Of a stretch of 64,000 bases of DNA, positions 1-10,350 are shown piece by piece. The stretch spans positions 8,891,709 to 8,955,708 of the forward strand of contig CM119267.1 of the NCBI GenBank assembly GCA_051294375.1, in the 5' to 3' direction. Every line of letters begins with the position of its first letter. Positions within the stretch are counted from its first letter, which is position 1. The notes beneath the pieces were generated by a model, which saw nothing but the letters and a program-made list of their open reading frames with translations, did not search any database and was not told where the DNA came from. Origin of the DNA: Paraspadella gotoi. Lineage: Eukaryota > Animalia > Chaetognatha. Both the position numbers and the translations under genes were made by a program.

Positions 1-622
1 ATTGCAGGGCGGAACCGAGGGTGAGGAAGGGTGAGTAAGAAGAAGCGATTATCGTTTACCCAGCGACCGAAACCGTTTTTGTATCTGATTTTGAAAAATT
101 GAGGCGCGATTTATTTTTCCACGCCTTTCCCTTTCTTCTCTCTCATCTCTCTCTTCTCTTCTATCCAGACAAAACCTTTAATTTTGCTGTTGTCCGTCTC
201 TCTCTGCGTCGTTCACGTTCTTATCTTCTCTCTTGTCTCTCTCTCTCCTCTCTCTGCACCTTTCCTGCTTTCGGGATACAATCTATCATTTACCTCGATC
301 TGCCTCTCTCTCTCTTTCCCCCCTCTCTCTCCTCCCTCGATTTCTGCTCTCTCTTCTCTTCACTCGGTCCCACCCTTATTGTTTCCCGTTAGCCCCATTA
401 CACGCTCAGTTGAGCGATGTAATTCCCGTTAACAGTTATCGTCTGTAACAACTCACGAATATTTTTTTTTCCACTTTTTCACTTTTTATAAAGGCCTTTT
501 TTTTGTCTTATGCGATTGTCTACACGTCGCCTTTCCCTCTGGCATCTCTTACCTCCTGGTCCCCCCCCGGAAACATCCACCTTCTGCAACGGAGGCTCAA
601 AACTGCCATCCATCACAGAGAA

Positions 623-740
<118 letters not shown>

Positions 741-963
741 AAAGCATCGGTGTGAGAGAGGAGCGGGAGAAGATTCGCCTCCCTCGATGCCATCAGCGTT
801 TCCGCTTTCGGGACGAGAAGCGGAGAGATAAACTCTTTGCTTCCGCCGCTCGACTCAAAAGGGTGGAGGGGGGCGAGGATGGGCGTGGCATAGTTGGGAG
901 ATCTGGGGGGGGTTGTGATTGTCGGTTTGGGCTGCGGCGGCGGCAGCGGGCGGCCTAACAAAC

Positions 964-2200
964 CTGCGCAGGCGGTGAGATGGAGAAGAGACCCCCTCTC
1001 TCCTTTTACGATAAGAAGGGAATAAAGACTTTGTTGACGAGATTTATCTTCCTTCCTACGGAGAGGAGGGAAGTGGGTTGTGGCGCTGTGGGGCAAGAGA
1101 GATGGGTGCTGAGATTTGGGGGAGGCGAAGATAAGCATTACGATCGGGTGAGGAGTAGGTTTGGTTGCGATGGAATAATGTGAAATTTGTGAAGATAAGC
1201 GTGATCGAGGAAATAAGAAAAACAATGTCGTTCAGTTTGAAAAAAAATAAAAATTGTTTGTTTGTTTGTTTGTTTTTGAAGCTAATCAGCTTAACATTGC
1301 AGATTCATCGGTTTATTGAGAAGCAATCGTTCAATCTTTTCATAGAGTGATCTAAAATGAAAAGTAACCATTGCAATTTGAGTCGGGAAGAAGTCGCGAG
1401 TACTTCCCTCGCTCTTTCTCGATATATATCGTCCTCTCGCTCTCTTACGATTTTTTTTTTTTCAATCGTTCTCTCTCGCTACTATTTTGCCCTCTCGCTT
1501 TTTTTTCTCCGATTTCGCCCTCTCGACTCTCCCCTTCTCTCTCTCTCTCTCTCTTTTTCGTCTTTCCGTGGTTTTTCTCCTTCCATTTATCTCCCCTTTC
1601 TCTCCTTTTTTCGTTACGTTCTCTCAACGTTCCTCTCTTTTTCCATTCTTCTTTCTTGCTTAATTTTTTTTTTTTTTAATTTAATTTTTTTTCGTGGATT
1701 CTTTCATTCACTTTTTTTCCTTTCCCTCCTTCCTCCCTTTCCTCCTCCCCTCACCTTTTCTTAACGTCAAAAGCGATATTTCATCTAATCTACTCCGTAT
1801 TTAAACCCACCCCCCCCCCAACATCGCCGACTGACCATCTTTGTATCCCGCTGCTAATCCCTTTCTTAGTCGCGCCGCGCGGGGGCTCTGCTTTGCTCGT
1901 CGTCGTTTTCAAGTCCGCCTACAGCGAGATCGTTTACGACGAGTCGTAGTGGGGTGACTGAAGACGAATGGTCCGCGTTAAAAGGGCGTCCGCCCTTATG
2001 TTCAATGCTTACAACGTTAGGCCTTTTTCGACTCGGATTGTCGTTTTAAGGAAATGTGTAGACCATTCCAAGTCGCGTACTGTTTTAATCTTAAGCTGGT
2101 TACAAAAGCGATTTGTTCCTGCGCCCCGCAGGATGGGTGTGCAGTGCACACTGTGGTACACTGTGCACACTGTGCACACATTTTGCCACCTTATGCTGAA
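964..2200 (-). CDS. Downstream exons of a spliced gene, possibly GREB1-like (exons 1836-2200, 1296-1351, 964-1055)
   Basis: GT-AG boundaries are present. A consensus with the copy at 10605-12160 gives one continuous frame: ...NSHKVAKMAQAQYQVMHPCGAQE..AFVTSLRLTVRDLEMVYTFPKTTSEFEKAYVVSIEHKGGRLLT..IPSSVTPLRLVVNDLAVGGLENDDEQSR..AARLRKGLAAGYKD|DSLYEKIERLLLNKPMNLQ|MKEDKSRQQSLYSLLIVKGERGSLLHLTAC. Each single copy has frameshifting indels. Confidence 0.6.
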
Positions 2201-2271
2201 CTAATGAAAAATGTCGTTTAACGTCCAAAATTCATATTTTTTACATNNNNNNNNNNNNNNNNNNNNNNNNN

Positions 2272-2890
2272 CGCGATTGCCAATCTGGCGAACCTCCCTC
2301 AGCAGGAGATAATTGCGGTTTGCGCGAAGCGGAAAGAGATTCCGTTTCTCGTCAAGATCTCCTCGCGAGAAGAAAAGAAGTCCCTTTAAGTTTAATCTCT
2401 GATTTCTCGCTTCCTCCTCCTTTTTTTTTCCTTCCTCCGATCGTATCTCGTCCCCAAAACCCATTTTTTTCTTCTCATCTTCTTCCACGATTGTCTCTCT
2501 CTCTCTCTCCTCGGCTTATTCTCTTTCGTGGTTTTTCTCCTCCATTTCTTCTCCCCTTTCTCTCCTTTTTTCGTTTACGTCTATCTCAACGTTCCTCTCT
2601 TTTTCCATTCTTCTTTCTTGCTTAATTTTTTTTTTTTTAATTTAATTTTTTTTTCGTTGATCGTTTCATTCACGTTTTTTTTCCTTTCCCTCCTTGTCCT
2701 CCATTTCCTTCCTTCCCCTCACCTTTTCTTAACGTCAAAAGCCGATTCATTTACTCTACTCCGCGTTATTTTTTAAATTTTCCCACTTCGTCCCCCCACC
2801 AGCCAAATCGCCCCAACGGACCGATTCTTCTGGATCCCTCGCTTAATTCTCCTTAGCCGCGCGGCCCCGGACTCGTGGGTCCTGCTTGCG
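2272..2890 (+). repeat. Third partial copy of the 1.5-1.9 kb / 11.26-11.87 kb segment, directly after a 25-N gap
   Basis: CGCGATT(T)GCCAATCTG... matches 11257 onward and degenerates after ~2800. Confidence 0.85.
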
Positions 2891-5377
2891 TCGCACCTCT
2901 CGTATGCTGAGTCCGACGGGCGCTACTATGCGAATTGCCCTAGGCGGGAGGTAGTCGCGGGCTTCGATATCTGGTATAACCGCCCATCGACTGCCGGCCC
3001 GCTCATTCTTCTCTCTCCCTCTGCTCTGCTCTCTCTCTCTCTCTTCTCTTCTTTCTCTCTCTCCCTTTCGCTTTTTTCTTCTCTCTGTGCGTCTGCATGC
3101 GAGAGGGTTTTTTTATGAAGGCCATCTTGTGAGAATGTTCGAGGCTTTCCCCTTCCGATGGAAATTCAAGGTCCAGGGGAGTGAGGCTGTTTAAAGGGAG
3201 ATTGAAGGAGATAAACGTTAGGATACGGAAAAAAGCCGAGTAGAGAGAAGAAGACAGAAAAAAAAAAAAAAAATAATGAAATTTTCATCCCTTTTTTTTT
3301 TTTCTCATAGAACCAACACAGCTTTTTTGGTGGTTTACGCCGCTCAATACAGCGCCCCTCTTTTTTTGTTTGTACTTTCCTGATTTTCAATAAAAATTAT
3401 AAGAAAAGAAAAAAAAAGAAAAAAAAATGAAAGAAAAAAAAAAAATAAAGCGAGTTATAGCTCAAAATTTAATTCTGTTTCCCGTTTTGAAAAATGAGAC
3501 GAAATGAAATGATGTGAAAAAAAAGTGAAAAACCAAGGAGAAAGAAAGGGAAAACCAACACACTGTTTTTTTCATCGGGTCCCATTTTTCGCCGTCATTC
3601 TTGGACTTTTCGATCAATTCGGGGCGGAATGAACGAGAGAGAGAAAGAAGAGAGAGCAGATGAGAGAGAGACGAGAAGAGAGAGAGAGAGGGAGAGAGAG
3701 AGAGAGAGAGGAGAGTCTTTCTTTTTGGGTGGGAGGAGGGCTCTCAGTGATGTCGGCATAATTAACTCTGATGGAAGAGAACGAGGAATTTTCGGTTTTT
3801 TTTGAAAAGGTAAATAAAAAACAAAACAGGAATGAAAAAAATTCGTAGAAGATCTCGTTGTGAGAGAGTGAGAGAGAATCGAGGGGAGAAAGAAGAAGGT
3901 AGGAAAAAAGCGGAGAGGGAGAGCGGAGAGAGGAAGCAAACGGGGGCGATGGAGAGAAGTGGGAGACCGCAAGAGTTTTAGAATTGTTTTTAAACTTTTT
4001 TTCTGCTTTTAATTCGGTATTTTGATTGTTTTTTAAACGCGGATCCGAGAAAAAGAGGTATTTGTTGTTGCGAGGATGTGAGGGGGCTGAGAAGCAAGGG
4101 GTTAGGGATGTTTAGATGCGTCATCCCCTGTCTGGGTGTTCGTTGCGACCAGCCGAAAGACCCCCCCCTCCTTCCCCGAATCCTTTCTTGAATCTTCGTT
4201 TATTAAATTAATGTGAAGTGAGCAAATTTAGGAAGAGAAGGAAAAAAGAAAATTGTTGATCTTGTCGCTGGGTTGACTTCATGTCAATCGTCAAACTGCT
4301 CGCGTGTTATCCGTGAAAATTTGGGAGAAAAAAAAACGTATTATTTAAAAACAAGGGGTCATATGCGGATCGGAATTCGTATAGTCTAGTTTTGAGAGTA
4401 GGGGATTAGAAGGGAAAAAAATGTTGTTTTTATTAAAAAAAAATTCTTATCGGTATTCATTTAGCTTCTGAAAGGCCAAAAAATGGAGGCTGGCGTTCGT
4501 TCGAATTTCTCCCGCGTTGAAGGGAATTCTCGTTGGGGTATTGTCGATGGAATGTTGATCTTGATTATTCAGAAATGTTTTTGTCGGTGGTCTGGTTTCC
4601 TCCGTCGGGAATTAAATATGCATCCTCTTTCTAACACTTTATACTAGAAAAGTACTGATAATCAGTAAACATGATACGAGCGTCTCTTACCTGATTGAAA
4701 GCGGGGTGCGCCGATTTTTTGTTTGACAGATGCGGCGCGGAAGAAAAAAAAATGGATGTGGAAAGAAGGAAGGGGAAAGAAACATGATTAGTTTTTTTAC
4801 AACGTAAGGGCGTCAACTCATGAATTAATAAAACCCTCAAATCGCATTTTTTAAACGTTTCTGCGACAAAACTTTTGGCCTGTCCCGGGAGACGACGGAG
4901 GTTTGGCTAAGCCGCTACTATATTTTTTTTAATACGGGTGTTGTATCTGGTACTTTAACAAAGTTTTTTATATTTGTCTCCCTTTCATCCGCTTCTCTTT
5001 TAGGGGCGACGGCAAATATAGCCAATTTTAATGAAATTAAAATTCGGATAATTGGATATTTACGCTCAGCGCGCCTCGGTAAGTGGGGATAAATAAGAAG
5101 ACGTTTTTATAAAATTATTGATTAAAATGATTGAGGTCCGAACAATTCGTCATAACCCCCGAGAAAAAATTCGTTGTTGTTTGGTGTTAAGAGAGGAGAG
5201 AGAGAGAAGGAGTGGAGAGAGAGAGTAGAGGGAGATGGAGGAGGAGAGCAATTGAAATCTCGTTTCAAAATCTCCTACGTCGTTGAATTTGCAACCAATG
5301 ACTTCTGTTATTCGTTGGTTTTTGATCAAATTTGTTTTGATTGATTCCACTAAGACTTCTGGATCGTCTCTCTTTAC

Positions 5378-5690
5378 TTTGTTCGTTCTAAATTCTCTGC
5401 CATTTTGACGAAAATCTGAACGTCTTTCTGACTCTGGACGAAATCGGATTGAATCACGAAACAAAGTCCGGATGAAATCGGATGAAAACCCGGATGTAAG
5501 GGGATCTCGGGGAAAGATTTACGGGCTATCACGACGTCAAATCGGATTCGTACCATGAGTAAGAACAGTCGCTCCGATATAAAAGGCGAACGCACTGAAT
5601 TTAAATAATTATTATATTTTAGGCCTATATATAGCCAACTCTCTACGTACTTTTGAATCAACCGGTTTTCCGCGGTCTTCGATAGGCAAG
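5378..5690 (-). CDS. Upstream exons of the same spliced gene (exons 5651-5690, 5554-5594, 5378-5525)
   Basis: Acceptor TTTTCGCAG, a 56-nt intron GTACGT...TTCAG (5595-5650), a 28-nt intron GTACGA...GATAG (5526-5553) and a donor at 5377. Phases are consistent and give CLSKTAENRLIQNAFAFYIGATVLTHARKSFPEIPLHPGFHPISSGLCFVIQSDFVQSQKDVQIFVKMAENLERT. Overlaps ORF 5374..5883. Confidence 0.6.
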
Positions 5691-6132
5691 CTGCGAAAAG
5701 AAAAAAAAAAGATTTTATAAAGAGAAACTTAATTAAGAAAAGTCGCAGAGTCGACCTAGTTATAGGCCAACACAAACCATTTAGAATTAGCCTCGACTTT
5801 TTGCTGCTTCGTCGCCCGAATCGGATTTCGCTGCTAAACGGATAATTCGTCGTAGTTATCGTCGTCGTCGTTATCGTCAACATTCTCGTATTCCGGATCT
5901 AAAGAGAGACCATCGCCTTTTGTTGTTATTATCGTCGAAGGCGTCGTTGTCATGTTGCTCCGTCGGTCTGTCGTCTGCTCTTCAACTGGAACAAATGTCT
6001 TCCGATGTCGTCGTCTGCTTCGTTGTCGATTTCGTACAAAGCGTAAGACGCCATCTCCATTCTCGGGTTTCGGTGAAGAGTAATATTACTCACAAGTGGC
6101 GTTCGTTCAGCCGGTTTAATTAAATCTGGGAG

Positions 6133-6135
<3 letters not shown>

Positions 6136-6190
<55 letters not shown>
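6136..6190. repeat. (GA)n microsatellite
   Basis: Perfect GA run. Confidence 0.97.
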
Positions 6191-6193
<3 letters not shown>

Positions 6194-6504
6194 CAAGCGT
6201 GACTCTTTCTCTCGATCTATAAACGCGTGACGCCCTTGTTTCCGCCCTTCTTCGCGTCACGCTACGTGTCAGTCACGCCTTACGCTACGCAATCGAGTCT
6301 CGCTACGCAACTTTCTCGACACATTTCCTTTACCCCCCCCCTCTTTCCGTCATCTCTCGCAAGCGCGGACCATCGCGCGGCGCTTTTGTCACGCGCCAAA
6401 AAACGCCGACGTGGGCGTCGATCCGTGGAAGCGCTATGGAGAGAGTGACCACTTTCGATTCGCTCCTGCGTTTAATAAGGAATACATAGAAAATTAAGAA
6501 TCCT

Positions 6505-6790
6505 AGGAAATAAAATTCCACCAACCTCCGTTCATCAGCCGGCCAATTGGTCTTGCCGGAGGCAAGTCATTTTCGCCTCCCAAACCCCAAAGGGTCCGGA
6601 GGGAAAGGGATCGTAGCCCGGGTGGTCGTCTAGCAGTAAGAGGGGACGGGGCGCAACGCGCTTATTTAACCCGCCTGTAACACCCGGTTGTTACAGGCCC
6701 TGCTGTATACGAGCTTCGGGGACTGCTCCTTAAAAGCTCTGCTCTATAAATTGACACGGTTCCTCTGCCACAAAACATATAATTAACTTA
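6505..6790. other. High-complexity, stem-loop-rich non-coding island (structured RNA or retroelement terminus candidate)
   Basis: Perfect 10-bp stem GCCTGTAACA (6673-6682) / TGTTACAGGC (6689-6698), plus CTTGCC/GGCAAG, GGAGGC/GCCTCC and CCTCCG/CGGAGG. No long ORF. Confidence 0.35.
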
Positions 6791-7066
6791 AGCTTCCGTC
6801 TCTTTCACCTATTTCCTCTCCCGAATAACCAAGTCGAACATTGTCCGAGCGAATTTCTGATCGAAATATGAAGTCGCCGCAAGAAAGTCAGGGAAAGATT
6901 GAGAGATCAGAGAGAGCAGTCGCCGTCGATATTCATTCTTTCCGAGCTTGGGTTTTTCGGTTTAATATCGTTCGGTTTTCACTACTCCGACCCATAACAA
7001 ATTGACATCGCCCCTACTTTTCCGTTTTTTTTTTTTGACCTTGACGCCTCTTTTTTTTTCTCTAAG

Positions 7067-7224
7067 GCGGCCGAGACCCTGACCTGGGTGCGGCTACTCT
7101 TTCTTTTCTCTTCCACCGCCGTCTTGCGTATCTCTTAGCATCAAGCAGCACTTACACACGACCGCTACCAGCCGAAGAGGGCGAATTACTCAGGTTTGCA
7201 CCACCTTGGGCTCTAGACGATTAA
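7067..7224 (+). CDS. Candidate terminal coding exon, unknown product
   Basis: Polypyrimidine tract plus TAAG acceptor at 7066, then open frame GRDPDLGAATLSFLFHRRLAYLLASSSTYTRPLPAEEGELLRFAPPWALDD-stop. Confidence 0.3.
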
Positions 7225-7300
7225 TAGGAAAACTATGAGAGGCAGAAAAGTTGTTTGGTATTCTTTCGCCCCCCCCCTCTTTGCACATTTCCAACCCCGC

Positions 7301-7366
<66 letters not shown>

Positions 7367-8135
7367 TCTCGTCCTCTCTCTCTCTTCTCTCTCTCTCCTC
7401 TCTTCTCTCTCCCTCTCTCTCTCTCTCCCTCCTTTTATACACACACACACATACAAAGCCCTCTTCCATCTCTTATCCTCGCCCCCCCACAGTCACCTCA
7501 CGTGACCAGTCGAGGGGAAGGAGTTCGAGAGTTCGTAGGAGAGGTCAAAGCTTTCGCCTTCGAGCGGAAACGACTTCGCCGATGTGCCTCCGTCCGGATA
7601 AAAAATCTTTTTCCTCATTTCCGTCGACGGGCGACACAATTTTCTCTCCTTTGTTTTTCTCCCTTTTTTGTCCACAAAGACGTCCCGTCGATTATACTAA
7701 TCCGTGCTTTTTAACAAAAAAAAATTCCTTCTATTTAATTCTAAATATTCTTAAACTTAAGAGCTACCTGTATCAGCTCCTGTTATCAGTTGTGTTGCTT
7801 TTCTCTTTTATCGACAATCTTTTTTTTTTTTCCATTCATCAGACTTGACCATTGCATCTCCGGTAATTTCTTCGTCGCCCCCCGACTTCTCTCCAAGTCT
7901 ATCCATTCTCTCACGCCTCTTCACTTTCACTTCACAAGGTTCTTCAGTCTTTCACTCTCGAATCCCTTCCTCATCCTTTTTCAGTTCAAACGCCTCCCTT
8001 CCAGAGGTCGACGGGGGCAGGGTACCATATCAAGGAACCAACGTTGTCGTTTTTGTCCGCTAGCTTTTCGCTTCGCCCTGCGTTTTTATTTCCCTTTTTT
8101 TATTCTTCACCCTTTTCTCGTCGCTCTTCTCCTCT

Positions 8136-8185
<50 letters not shown>

Positions 8186-9622
8186 TCTCCCCTTCCCCCC
8201 CCTCTACCTCAACACACCCCCCCCCTTCCTTTCTCCTCTCAACCTTTTCCTTTTTTTTCGGAAATGTTCGCACCCGCAGTTGCCGTCCTTGTGGTCACAT
8301 CTTGGTCGACGCCTCGTTTTCCGACGGCGAGCCGCCATTTTTTTTTTTTTTTTTCCTGCCGCCCTCCACAGCCGCGCGTGCATGCCGGCGCCCCTATCCC
8401 CTCTTCTCTCTTTATCTATCTCCACTTTTCTCAATGAGCTCGCGCGCCACGGCCGATCAATTTTCGGCTATCCATCTCTAACCCATCTCCGTGGCTCGCC
8501 CTCGCTTTCCTTCTTCTTTCCAAGCAACTTCCTCCCCCTCTTTTTTTTCTTTCTTTCTCAGTTTTTTAACTTCTTTCTTTCCTTCCTCTTTTCCTTTCTT
8601 GCCCTCTCTCCCTCTCCTCTTCCTCCTCCACATTGGATCGTGACCCCAGTCGTCCCTCGCAGCGGTCTCGGAACTTGGCCTCAAATAGTCGAGGCTCGTT
8701 TTTGTATTCCTCCTCCCTCTTTATTCCTTCCTCCTCTCCTCTATTTCCTTTCCCATTTCCTTTTCTTCCTTTCCCATTCTTCCTTTTTTTTCCTTTCTGT
8801 CCTTTTTCTCCTCTTATGTTCTATGGATTGCAATCGCTTTAAAACCGGATATTGGAGAGTAATGGAAGTCTTTGTAGTGGAGATTCGATGGTTTTGCTTT
8901 TAAAACATGGGGATGATGCATATTTCTATACTCGTTCCTTTCATTGCAAAGCACAGTTCTTCTTTATCAAATAGACGATAGAAATCTTGTGGTCCTTATT
9001 CGGCAAGCCAGCCTCAGCATTTATACGTTCACACAAAAGGCAGAGTACGCTCTCTCCGTCTAATTGTTCATCTATAGTTAACATCTAACACACAAGGCAA
9101 ATCGACTTTAATGGTTATCTTCTCATAAACCGTATTTCCTATTTCTTGCCCAATAAAAGAAAAAAAGAGGAAAACCAACGAAAAAAAGAGACAATGTGAG
9201 TGGGTTAAATTCTTTTCTCTAATTTTTTCCCCTCTTTTTTTCACGAGAAACAAATTTTTACAGTTAATCTCGCTAAGGCGTTTCCCCGCTCTCTCTGCTC
9301 TCTCTCTCTCTCTTCTCTCTTCTTCTCTCTCTCTCTTCTCTCTCTCTCCTCTCTCTCCTCTCTCTCGTCTCTCTCTCAGAAGGAAGGGAGGAGAGGAGGC
9401 GCTGCTCGTTTTCCGCTCCGCCATTTGCTCACATCAAATTCTTGGAATCGCGCGGGAAAAATTGAGATGAAGATTTTTCCCCGCCAATCCCCTTATACCG
9501 CTCGCCTCCACCTCTGCCCCTTCCCCCCCCAATATGTTTCTCCCCAAAAAAATGGCTGGAACCGAGGGTTCCGCCCCCCGGCGCCTGTAAATGGGCCGCC
9601 AAAGGAGGCGCGACAGGTCGAG

Positions 9623-10297
9623 ATTGCAGCGCCGGCAGCGGAACAGAGGGTGAGGAACGGGGTGAGTTAAGAAGAACGCATTAATCGTAATTCGTTACCA
9701 CGACCGAAACCGTTTTTTGATCTGATTTTGAGAAAAATTGAGGCGCCGATTAATTTTTCCCACCGTGGGCCCTTGTCCCCTTTCTTTCTCTCTCTCTCTT
9801 CCTCCTCTCTCTCTCCCTTCCTCTCTCTACTCTCTCTCTCTCTCTCTCTCACTCTCTCTCCGCTCTCTTCTCTCCTCTCCCTTCCACATTTCATTTTCTC
9901 TCATCTCTTCTCTCTCCCCTCTCTCTTTTTCTCTCTCTCTCTCTCTTCTTCTCCCTCCGATCCTACCTTATTGTTTTCCCCGCTTAGATCTCCCATTTAC
10001 ACGCTCAGTTGAAGCCGATTGAATTCTCCGTTAACAGTTATCGTCCGCTAACCTAATCTCTCTACGAATTTTTTTTTTTTTCCATCTTTTTCACTTTTTA
10101 ATAAAAGCCTTTTGTTTTGTCTTCATGCGATTGTCTTACACGTCCGCCTTTTCCCTCTGGCATCTCTTACTCGCTGGTCCCCCCCGGAAAACACTCCACC
10201 TTCTGCCAACGGAGCGCTCAATAAACTCGCCATCCCATACACAGAAGGTATCACCAACATAAAAAATCGCTCGTCTCTCTCTCTTCTCTCTCGTTCG

Positions 10298-10350
<53 letters not shown>

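Noticed and set aside
5279-5372. Alternative downstream exon KSHWLQIQR and ORF 5150..5464
   Set aside because: It lies beyond the suspected misjoin at 5372/5373. The duplicate copy gives a longer in-phase continuation.
5378-5594. Resemblance of ATVLTHARKSFP...ISSGL...QKDV to the ThrRS editing domain
   Set aside because: The HxxxH motif is missing and the following exon does not continue that fold. The GREB1-like pattern extends over more of the peptide.
6525-6580. Hammerhead ribozyme on the minus strand (GAAA ... CTGATGA)
   Set aside because: The stem II closing pair is mismatched, there is no valid NUH site, and stem I is too short.
6605-6730. Twister-like TAAC-CCGCCTGTA, U4-like ATCGTAGCC and RNase MRP-like AGTCCCCG fragments
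   Set aside because: These are isolated short matches. The partner motifs needed for each family are absent.
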